Made by a program: the position numbers and the translations under genes | Shown: in pieces, positions 11,101 through 23,100 of the stretch | How the letters are laid out: each line of letters opens with the position of its first letter | How positions within the stretch are numbered: position 1 is the stretch's first letter | DNA from: Lytechinus pictus | Lineage: Eukaryota | Assembly (NCBI RefSeq): GCF_037042905.1 | Contig: NC_087245.1 | Coordinates: forward strand, 34,970,001 to 35,034,000 | Direction: 5' to 3' | Length of the DNA stretch: 64,000 nt | Notes under the pieces: model-generated | The model's input: only the letters and a program-made list of their open reading frames with translations | What the model was told of the DNA's origin: nothing | Database searches by the model: none

Positions 11101-14100
11101 CATTGCAGAATTTAGAAAATAATACCCCTTTCATAAACCCAATAAAACCCAATTATGCGGCTAATAGCAGCATAATTAGGTCTTAAAAATCAGAGGAGGA
11201 CAAGAGTTATCCGCATTAATCTGATGCTGCTATTATCCGCATAATAGCGGCATCGGGACAAGATTTTGACTTTATGAACGTATTCCAAATTAATGCGGAT
11301 AATTGCCATGGTGCGGTCACAAGGTCACCCTTTTCCAACACAACCGCATCGGAGGGGGTGTGTCCAGTTGTCATGACGATTATCCACCTTTTTCAGGACG
11401 GGCGCTCGTAAAAAATAATGCGGATAATTTTCGGAGTTTGTGAACGCAATTTTTATTGAATTATCCGCATTACTCTTAGGCGGCTAATTGGAGGATAGGT
11501 TTTATTGGGTTTATGAAAGGGGTATAATATGGATGCATTTATGTGACCTTACAAGCTATAATCACAAACATGATTCAAAACACAAACATAAATCACGGTA
11601 ACTGCAGAATCAGGGCTTGGTCGACCCTCTCTCCAATGCCATTTCTCCCTCGCTTCAAGCCTAGCCAGTGCGTGTCGGAGGGTGCACTGTTTGACTCAGG
11701 CAGTATAGGTCAACTTCAACTCAGGTTTTAATTGCTAAAGTTACACAACATCAATTTTTTATACACATGTGCAGCTACTGTGTGAAGCAAATCGAAGAAT
11801 ACCAATGTCCGTGCGCAGTATGGCATGAATGCAGAAGTTAGGCGACACAATGACGTCATAGAATCATGATCCAAGTCACATATTCCACCTTTTTCCAACG
11901 TGTTTCTGCAGAAGCGTCTTTCAAAACTTTTCAAAATCATTATTCTGTGGTATTCTAAACGCACTCTGAATTTGATACATCATAGATCATGTAGAGGATG
12001 GAAATCATAAAATTCACCCAATTTGTTTACACTATTTGTAGAGTTCACACACTTTATTTGATCTATTCATAAAGCCTTTGTTTACAAATTATAATTTCCT
12101 CCTATTAAAGCCTCTTTATTTATCTATCGTCCATGGCGGACGGCATTTGTATATCAATGAGTCAGAAAGAAGAGGATCGAGGGTATTTGTATTCCAGTTC
12201 ATCATGACTTGGCCGTGAACCAGAAAAGCCTGGTGGTTGAGTCGCTGCTAGGCAAGCAGTAGATGACAGGTTCGAATCCCACTGGTTTCAATTTGTTTCT
12301 GACTTATGATTTTCATTACAGATCGAGCATGCGATCTTAAACACATAGGAGTAATGCCGAATTTTTTTTTTACAAATTATAATTTCCTCATATGAAAGCC
12401 TCTTTATTTACAATTCTGACATATTATAATATTGACATTTCTGTAGCATTTGCAATACTCATTTACATTAGGGTAGCATAATGGATAATTTCTGCTTTTA
12501 CATTGTATTTGTTTTATTAGCTTGAAACACAGATGAGCACGACCCCTAACTATGGATCTGACATGGATGAGGTGGATAGTAGCTCTACACCAGACCCGCA
12601 GAGAACCAAGGCCCTCATTGAACATTATCTCACAAAGATAGAACGGACTAAAGAACTTATCAAGGCTGAACAAAAGGCAAAAGATGGTAAGAAGTTCAGA
12701 GATAATTGAAGTGAAAAGTGCGTCAAAAGCAAGTGATATAAAGTGAGTGGTGAGTGATAAATGAGAGATAACTAAATCTCTCTTTGAATGTATCTCACTA
12801 TTAAGGAAAAAGGAACTAACCAAGGCTGAACAAAAAGCAAAACATAAGAAGTAAATAGTGATAAAGTGAACTACAGCTCTCGTTGAAGACTGTCACCAAG
12901 GAAGGAAAAATCTCTCTGTAATGCTAATGAAGAAAACTTTATTTGAAAAAAAATATTGGGATTCTGCAGTTGATAGCCTGATAAGAAATTCTAAAATAAA
13001 ATTGCCTTTGGTGTTTTTTTTTTATTGTAATAATAAACATTTCTATCACCAGGGGCTAACCTGTGTTTTTTTTAATTTAAACTATTTTTAATTTTTTCAA
13101 GAGTCCCGTTTGTTTATCATTGTCCTGTATCAAGAGTTTGCGTAGTTGTACAATTAAAGCTAATCAAAACAATGAAAGAGAACATGTCAAGTCTCATCAC
13201 AAACTGGGGAGCGTTTCATCAACATTTTTGTCCGACAAGTTGTCAGACCTTACATCTTTCTTTGATTTTGATTGGATGAGAAGCAATGTTACTATGGTAA
13301 CTGTCAAGTATAACAGGATCTGTCGGATAAAACGTCTGACAAGGCCTTTCATGAAACGCTCCCCTGTAGTAACCTAGGAATGTTAATTGACCGTGAAGTG
13401 GTTAACGGGATTCATGCAAAACTAACACAAGAATTGCTCCTTTTCTTGTGTTGAGGAAAGGGGTTTTTAAGGTCCTGCAGATTTAATTGAGCAATGTTGT
13501 GCCATTGCAAATCATGGGCCACCATTCTAAGAGTTGCAATAGATCCAAATCAAACTAATAAAACCATTGAAATTAATGAGAGAGAGCCTGAACCTCATTT
13601 AATACTATTATTATAAGATGGCGAACTGTATGCTGAATCCGTTAACCCCTTTTCTTTCCTCTTATCTACAATCCTCTTCTTGAAGATAATGTAACAGAGT
13701 ACCTGGCGTTGGCGGAACATGCAGACAAGCAGCAGATTTCCAGAATTAAGACTGTCTTTGAGAAAAAGAACACACGATCAAACACAAATATTTCAAACTT
13801 ACAAAAGAAGCTTGAGAATTATCAGAGAAGATTATTTGATTTGGTGAACTATGGTGCATCGGGACCAAGGAAACCTAAAGAAGTCCTCCAAGGAATGCAT
13901 CAAGGTCTAAAGTAAGTCTGGAAATTACTGTGATTTTATTCAAATTCTTATCTTTACCTGTAAGCTAAATTTAAAGATATTCCACGGGAGGGGGAAGGGG
14001 AAAAGATAGAACTGGAATAGATAGGCCTTTCATTTCCTACCAGATACTTATTTGGCACCTGGGTGGAAAGTGGCAATGTCTGGATTAATGAATCAAACAC

Positions 14101-17100
14101 ACAACTGTCTGATTACAAGAGTCAGAACCACTACACCACAGCTCTCCTCTAATCATACAGTTTGTCGCCTTTATCATGAACTGTCCAATCTGCGTATTTT
14201 CCAACGAAAGTTAGTTTTGCCTAAAACACCTTTTTAAATAAGCATTTTTGTCTCGCCTGCATAGCAGAGCAAGACTATAGGCACCGCTTTTCCGACGGCG
14301 GCAGCGTCATCAACATGAAATCTTAACCAAGGTTAAGTTTTTGAAATATCATCATAAATTAGAAAGTATATGGACCTAGTTCATAAAACTCGGACGTAAG
14401 GGGTTATGCGTAGGGATACTTTGGAGAAAACCACAAATCTCTGATAATTAAGTACATGGCCTATGGAAAAGTTGTCTTTGCCCCCTGTCATATTTTACTT
14501 ACCCAGTTGCCAATTCTTCATAGTCTTTATCTACATAGTCTTTAGGTATCTCAATTTATAAGCAGCTATAACTTTCTTATTGCTTGTCTGATCTCTTTTA
14601 AACTTTCACCATTCTGTTTTATTTATTTTTCTCCTGTCCAACACATGTTATGACCAAGGCTGGATTCCCCTTTATTTTGAATCAGAATTGTTCAAAATAA
14701 TGACAAACCCACATATTCACAGAGGAATGGTTTACATGTACACTGTAATGAGGAAAAGTGGAAGTATTTCATGTTCTGTATGATAAAATGTAGCAAAAAT
14801 TGTGAGTGTGACTTCATTGGTTTCCTCATCAACTGCTTACTGCCTCGGTTGTGTGTTTTGTGAAATGAAGCGTCCTTTTATAATGCCAAAATTCTTTCAT
14901 TTTAAATATGATTTTTATTCTTGTACAAATCAACTTGATGTTGGGAGGCCTCAACCTTGCATATCCATGACTTCCTCCCTGGTGTTTTCGTTAAATATTT
15001 GCAAATAATGTAGGCGGAGGCTGCGGCTCCTTGTAGGCCCATATATCTTTGCTATTATGCTGAACGTAAAACAATGTGTTCCATTCATCTATGATTCGAT
15101 GTAGGTCATCATCAACCTTGCCATCATGATCATCATGATCATCGTCGTCACCATCATCATGATCATTAGTATCATCGTCATCATGATGATGATGATCATC
15201 ATCATCACATCATAATCAACACCACCACCACCATCATCATACCCTTATTCTCATCATTAACATCATCATCGTCAATGCATTATCATCATTGTCTTTATCA
15301 TCTTCATCTTTATCTTCTTCATCATCATCATCACCATCATTATCACCACCATCATCATGATCATCATCATCATCACATCATAATCAACACGACCACCACC
15401 ACCGCCACCATCATCATCATCAATGCATTATCAACATCTTTATCTTCTTCTTCATCATCACCATCATTATCACCACCATTATCATGATCATCATTATCAT
15501 CATCATCATCATTATCATCATCATCATCATCACATCATAATCAACACGACTACCGCCACCATCATCGTCGTCATCTTTATCTTCATCATCATCATCACCA
15601 TCATTATCACCACCGCCATCATGCTTATCATTTTCGTCATTTATGTTTTTACTGGCTGTATTATTAATTATGGTTTTGTCTTTTTCCAGGGGCGTTCGGG
15701 ACAATATACGAGAAGGAATAACGGGATTCTCGGGGTGAGTCTCATCTCTAAACATCTTTCAATTATTAATCCATATATTTTGTTCCTTATATTAATTTCT
15801 CCTTTTTGTTAGCCAAGTAACTTTCATTTGATTATTAAAAAAAAAAAACTTCACCGAAAGTTGATGAAATTTCATATTTCACATCTTTACATCCGATGAA
15901 TGCTCATCTATTTTTCATATTTCCTTGATATTAGTATGATTTAGTTGGAGACTATCAAGAAAATGAAGTATGTTCCCTTCTTTCCTGAATCTGGAAAATT
16001 GTTTTCAGTTGATGTCATACTAAATCAACTAACAAGAATTTTTACATGTTGGACCATAGTATGAAAAATTCTGTTATTCCAAAATAGACCTAACCTTAAG
16101 TTTGGTGCCAACTGATGAGTCAAGAATATGTCATTGAATTATTGATATCGAACTTATTTATGCCTTTGGAGTCCTTTTCTCGATAAAAAAAATAAAAATA
16201 AATTGTATCACCGTCAAGATGGATTTGTAATGCATTATGGGTAAGGGTAAGGCAATAGTTCATTGACTTGCCTTGTTTTTTGACTGCCCTGTTTTTTGAG
16301 TGGTACAATTTTTTTTCCAAGTCGAGAAAAGGACCCCAAAGGTATTTTATATCAATGATCCAGAGAATTATCCTTGTCTGATCCACCAGCACAATTTGTA
16401 AGTTTAGAACTTAAGGACTATTTGTGGAATGACAATATTTGTTTTGCCCAAATTTTTCATATGTTGGTCCTACATGTACACATTCATGTTAGTTGATCTA
16501 GCGTGACATCAACTGAAAATGATATTTCCGGGTTATTCTTCATTTTCTTGATAGTTTCCAACTAAATAAAACTAATTTCAAAGAAATATGGAAAATTTAT
16601 GGCCATTTCATGGATTTCAAGATGCAAAATGCGAAATTTCAGCAACTTTTGTTGAAACCAAGTTTTTTTTTTTTTTTTTTTGGGGGGGTTCTTTTTGTGT
16701 GTTACCCTGCCATTAAAACATAAACACCCATTTGTTAATAGTGTTTAAATGTTTTTCAAAATAGAGCTTATTACAAGTTGTTTCTTACAGTTGTCATGAT
16801 CATGTTTCATCAGCCTATAATCTAGGCGGAGGCTGCAGTTATTGTCTTTGCTGTTATGCTGAACGCAAGCGATACGTCTGATGTGGCAAAGACTACAAAT
16901 TGTGGATGCGTTTGCAGCCACCGCCTATACACTCCCGTTTTGCTTTGGATGTTTTTTTTATTTTATTATCGACAATGAAAGGATGCCAGTTTTTTGTACG
17001 AAAAATTATCGTGCATATGTATGAAGAAGAATTAAATTGGACCAATCAGAAATGCGTTGGAAAGAAGAAGGTAATGCATATCTAATATATAAGTCACGTG

Positions 17101-20100
17101 ACATGACCTCACTTTCTTCATCCAAAATGGCGAGTACGAGAACTCGTGAGAAACTTCTGCATGAAAGTTTGGATTATGCTGCCGATAAACTCGGCATTCC
17201 TAATGAAAAATTCAGAGACCTTCAAGAATCTGCCGTTGGTAGCGTTATTGACGAGAGGAGGGATACATTTGTTGCTTTACCAACAGGAAATGAAAAAAGC
17301 GCAATCTACCAGGCAATGCCTCTGTGTTATGATTATCTTCATGATCACGGCTTTTATGATGAAGATGTCGCAAGTCATTGGCACACGACCAGCAATACAG
17401 GTCCCGGTAAATCCGCCATTTTCAATTAACATGAATGTTGATTAGGCGGACGGGAGTGTATAGGCGATGGCTGCCTCGCAGCCACAAATCCGTAGTCTTC
17501 GCCAGATCAGACAAATCGTTTGCGTTCAGCATAACAGCAAAGACAACTGCAGCCTCCGCCTAGATTATAGGCTATGTTTCATCAGATGTAATTTTAAAAA
17601 TGCCTATATCAATAGAAAAAAATTTAAAGGCAAAGTGTGAGGCAAGTGGAAACGATATTGAGTTGGGAGAGCATATTCTCATTTACACCTTGGTATAAGA
17701 AGTTGTTAAGGAATATGAATAGTTGATAAACTAAATCATGAATTTTACTCAAAGCAATGGAATCCCCAGCTATCAAGCGTGGCAACAATGCAACAAAGTT
17801 TATGCAATTGATGCATGTAGAAAGATGCTTACTACCAAATATTATCAGCCTTCTTGTGATATATATTTCTTTATGTTTCTTGTCTACAATTTTCTTACAA
17901 ACTTTGAACCTAACAGTGGGGTGGCAGATAAGATAGGCGAGGGTTTGTCGGGCCTATCGGAGCTCACTCACACCGCGGCAAGGTGCGTTGTTTGATATAC
18001 AGTACCTAGCTATATGCACAATGCACTGCGTGCTTGATAATATGCTACAGAATACCCCGTCCTTCTCATCTCCCTCTTCAACTCAATCTTCTTCACTATC
18101 TTTTATTTTTTTCTTTTTCCCTTCCATCTTCTCCCAATAACTTTTCAACTTCCTCTCCTTAATTCATCCTTCCATCTTTTCTATCTCATCTTCTTCTGTT
18201 TCCTTTCCTGTCAACAACTTGTGTTACATCCTTTCTTCCTCTCTCATTTTACCTCTTCCCCTTTCTGCACCCTCTCTCCTTCCCTCTTCCTCATATCATA
18301 TTTCCGTTCATGTCTGTATTTGCTATCATTTCTATTTCTCATATTTATCTTCCCTCCCATCTCTCTTTGCTGTTTCAGTCCCTGCCTCTCCTCTTCTTCC
18401 CTTCTTCTTCATCCTCCTCTTTCTATTTTCCTTTCTCTTCCTCTTCTCTCTCTTCCTCTTCTTCCCTTCCTCCTCATCCTCCTCTAATTGCTCATCTCTT
18501 CTCTCTCTGTTCTCTTCCTCCTCTTTTTCCCTTCCTCCTCTTCCTATTCTCCTTTCTCTTCCTCTTCTTCCCTTCCTCCTCTTCCCCTTCCTCCTCTTCC
18601 CCTTCCTCCTCATCCTTCTCTAATTGCTCCTCTTCTCTCTCCATTCTCTCCCTCTTCTTCCCTTCCTCCTCTCTCTTCCTCTTCTTCCCTTTCTCCTCTC
18701 TCTCTTCTTCCTCTTCCCTTCCTCCTCATCCTCCTCTAATTGCTCCTCTTCTCTCTCTCCATTCCCTTCCTCTTCTTCCCTTCCTCCTCTTTCTATTCTC
18801 CTTTCTCTTCCTCTTCTTACCTTCCTCCGCTTCCCCTTCTTCCCTTCCTCCTCATCCTCCTCTAATTGCTCCTCTTCTCTCTCTCTCCATTCTCTCCCTC
18901 TTCTTCCCTTCCTCCTCTTCCTATTCTCCCTTTCTCTTCCTTTTCTTCCCTTCCTCCTCGTCCTCTGATTGCTCCTCTTGTCTCCATTCTCTTCGTCCTC
19001 TTTTTCCCTTCCTCCTCATCCTCTATCTTCTCTTTCTCTTCCTCCTCTTCCTCTATCTCTTCATCCTCTTTCTTCCTCCCATCCTCCTTGTCCTCTTCCT
19101 ATTCTCCTTTCTCTTCCTCTTCTCTCTCTTCCTCATCTTCTTTCTCTTCCCTTCCTCCTCTTCTTCCTCTATCTCCTCTTTCTCTTCCTCCTTCTCATCC
19201 TCTTCCTCTATCTCTTACTCCTCTTTTTTCCTCTTCATCTTCCCTTTCCACTTCTTCACTAATCTTGGTACCTATCCTTGTTTGGAAGCCCTCCTCTATT
19301 TCTTCTCCCACTTTTCTCTTAATCCATAATCTCCATCTGTTTCCCCTTTTTTTAATCTTTCTCTCCATCTTTCCGCTTCCTGCACGATATCCCTTTTAAC
19401 CTTTCCCACCCAATCCTTGAGGCCTAATGTTGTCCTTTGTTCTGTAATGGTTCCCAACATCTTTTATTAACCTATATGAGAATCATACAACTTGCTTTTC
19501 CTTGTAAACAAAGGTGAAGCCCCCACCCCCGGTCACCCATTAACCCTCCCCCCCCCCCCTCCGTAAAAGTGTGATTCAAGTTATTGTTTAGAATTGAATC
19601 TGTTTGGTCAAGGATAGATTTTAAACATCGCTGTCTTATTTTATGGCATTCCCCCTCCCCTTTCCAAAACATCTAAGGCCTTTTCACCCCACCCTTTCTT
19701 GACTGACCTCACCCTAACCTTGTTATTCTGTAGTCTAACATCATTTACCAGTTCTCTTGCTACATGTACGTAAAGGTTTTATGATTCCTGTATTGCTCCT
19801 AACACTCCAACTAACTTCAAATGTACCCATTGGCATGCGCAGCACACTCGGTAGGCTGCAAATTCTTGAAGTTTGTATAGGCTGAATCAATTTCTCCATT
19901 CAACAGCTGTAAAGGCCTGGTCCCTGTGCGTTTACGGATACAAAGATGATATAAACTGTCTTTAGAATATTGCTGTTCATTTTGAAAATCCCATGCATCT
20001 TTCTCATACTCATTGAATACATGTTTCATGTGCTCTATCTATATGTCTACTGTGATTTCATCCGTGCAAAGTGTTTTGAGCTGCACAAAGCTTTTAGAAC

Positions 20101-23100
20101 GGATTAACTTTCCGCCATGTACGATGTATATACGCAACATATACAAACAACAAACGTTCCGTGTCCGTCATCATCCATTAAACGTCTATTGTATACACAC
20201 TGCATCGTCTGTGCATCCTCGCAACTCACATCCACTGCAGCAGAAAAACAGAAAGACTAAGGAAAGAAAAGGTACATGAATGTCTATACATCGTTAGTAG
20301 CATGGAAATAGAAAGAATGTAAGCGTAAAGTATTCAAAGCTATCATCCACTTCCATCCGCTAGGCTTCCAATGAACATCCGTTTAACATCCTCATTCTTT
20401 TCTCTTCTGTTTTTTACCAATTTCTTGCCACGTTTGTCTGTTTCTGGAGCGGATGAAAATGGATGGAGCCACCCCCGAAATTTTGTTTGTCCGCTGTGTC
20501 CTTTATGCATACGTTTAGTGTCCATTGGCCACTGGGACCGGGCCTTAAAAAAAGCAACGTTTTTAAAGTGCACTCACATTCTACTCTTATGCTTCATGCA
20601 TGTAGTTGAACCTTATTATAGTTGATATTGAGATAGGTCATGCTTTCCTTCCATTCATCCAAGTCATCACCATTTTCGTATATTTATTTTGTATTAAATA
20701 TTTTTTTTCATTTTGTAATAATTTTTGTTTTCTTTTGTAATAAATATTTTTTTCATTTTTTATTATTTTCAGTATCATCTTATTCTTATCTCATTCTCCA
20801 GCAATGAGGATTATTTTATTATTCTCTCTGTTTACATATTTGTCTTACATGTCATCCATTTCATTAAGCAATGCTCATGGATCCTCACTTACAGTCTAAA
20901 TTTTGATTCTTTAGGTATTCGCCATATTTTTTTTCTATGTTTAGGATTTTGTTTTCAATTTTAACTGAATTTTTGTCTCGCCTATCTTTTCTAAACCAAA
21001 TTTATAAGAATTCTAAGTCTCCAAAATAGTCTACGTAAGATCTAAGATTAACATTAGGCCTATACGTTTGGTCTAACATAACGTTAGATCTTGGTAAACT
21101 TACCTTATGTAAGCATTAATTCTTGAACAACTTCAACAATGCTGGATGATTGATACATCTGTCATATCGTAGTCAGTTCCCTTGAGCTTCTTTCCAATAA
21201 TGTATTTATTTTTTAACATTACTCAATAAATTATTTGGGATAGAACAACCAGAAGACAAGAATCTGTATCGTTCCATCAATATGTCATATCCGTTGTGCA
21301 CACACACGCAATAAGCGTGTAAATGCGTGAGTTGTCTAAAGTTTTCGATTAAATCACGCTGATATTATGGTGTCCACAATCACTGCAGAAAGCAACATTT
21401 TGCAAGCAATCAAATGGTGATCTCGGCCAAATTTAACGATGCCCGTTGTCGCGTACATAAAACGTGCGCACTGCAAACACAAGTGTTTTTACCTGTGATG
21501 CCTGGGATCTCGGTGCATGGATTTATTAGCCAAAATCGTATGGATCCAACATCGCATGGATGCTGATATCGTTGTAAAATGGGCTGAATGATCAAACAAC
21601 CAATCAAATGACAAGAATCTATATAGGTGTCATATGAAGATGAATGGTGCATGGTCGCCAGCATGACCTTCATTGTTGTGTCTTGTAAGAGTTACAATGT
21701 TTGGAATTCACTAAATTTTGGCATAAATTCCATCTGATATCTTGCACTTTCTTAAATATTTTACAAATAATGAATGTTTATGAGTGCAATGGACAGAATA
21801 CTTCATGAGGTGAAAGATGAAATGATCCATTCAACGCGTCTGAAAGTTTGATTGATGGAATTCTCTGCATCATCCACCATAGTGACACTAGTTGTTGCTT
21901 GTGAGATTGTGTGAATATGAACTTTGAACAAATAGAATCTGATAATTACAGAAATTTTCATGATATCTATCTTTTTCTCTGCCCCTAATTGCAGTGCAAT
22001 GGTCTCCAAACCTAAGGAGTTTGCCAGTAAATTCAAGAACAAATTTGGAAGCGCAGATAACCTTGATAGCATAAGTAAGTAATGTAGTGTAAAGTCCTTT
22101 GTTTTGTTTGATAAATTATATCTCTACAAGATGGTGATTATAAGATTTGTTGAAGGTAAAGTCTTAAACGAGTTCATACAAGTTCTTCGTAATGAAATCT
22201 TAGTCAAAATATTTTTTCTGACAGTCAGACAATAGTCCTTTTCGGACCTTTGGCAATATTTTCTTATCATTTTTTCTGCTATTGTTACAATAAACTTTTT
22301 GTCAGGGTGAACCTCCCCTCTTAATATGGCATTTTAAAACCATTAGAATGTAAATTTGAATATAGCGCCCTCTCTCAGTTGTTTTTATTTTTATTTGAAA
22401 TAGCCGTTTGAGCACTTTCTTAAAATTGTTACAGTGCGTCTCACAAATAAGGAAACCAGTTCTCAGAGATAGATTTCACAATTATGAAATATGTTTTTGA
22501 TATAAATTTGATACTCGTGGCAAGAGTTGAATCTCATCTCTAATTTGAAATCAACAGCATAGCAAATCATTCATGCGTGGCAGATTACAAACATGAAATA
22601 TTGAGGCATATCAGAAACGATTTATGCTGAAACTCAAGTGTGAATCTGATTCCACTAATTTCAGACATCAGTGAGAGTCTTAACAATGAATATAAAAGAA
22701 ATGTAACCCCCTCCCCCCCCCCAGTGAAGACTTATAGGTTTCTATTCATTTGAGCACTTAAAAACAGTCTGTGCCAGTTTCTTCTGCAAATTGGAAAAGA
22801 ATCTCACAGTTTTTCTTTGTACAAACCTTTCGAATCACACTACTTCTAACACAACATGACAAAACGGTCTTGATGCCGGTGAAAAACACTAGATAGCCTA
22901 TTGTCAAAGCATAATTTGAGTTTTTCCTATGCAAAACACTCAACTGGTAAGCAGTGAATATGCATAAAACTTGTTGTGTTATGTAGCTTATAATTTCCTA
23001 TTTTTCAACTTCACTTTTAGCTCTTTGATATCCTTCATACCACAACCATTTTGGGGCATATGCATTTATTTAATCTAGTAATGAAATTGAATAATAACAT

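Noticed and set aside
15275..15812. His-rich and Asp/Met-rich ORFs
   Set aside because: Translations of (CAT)n low-complexity DNA. Only 15690-15734 is a real exon.
17037..17429. Functional host RecQ helicase gene
   Set aside because: Only motifs 0/I are present, the Walker A is mutated, and it is enclosed by TIRs and a TSD.
18219..19399. Multiple Leu/Ser/Pro/Phe-rich ORFs up to 339 aa
   Set aside because: The pyrimidine tract lacks stop codons by composition.
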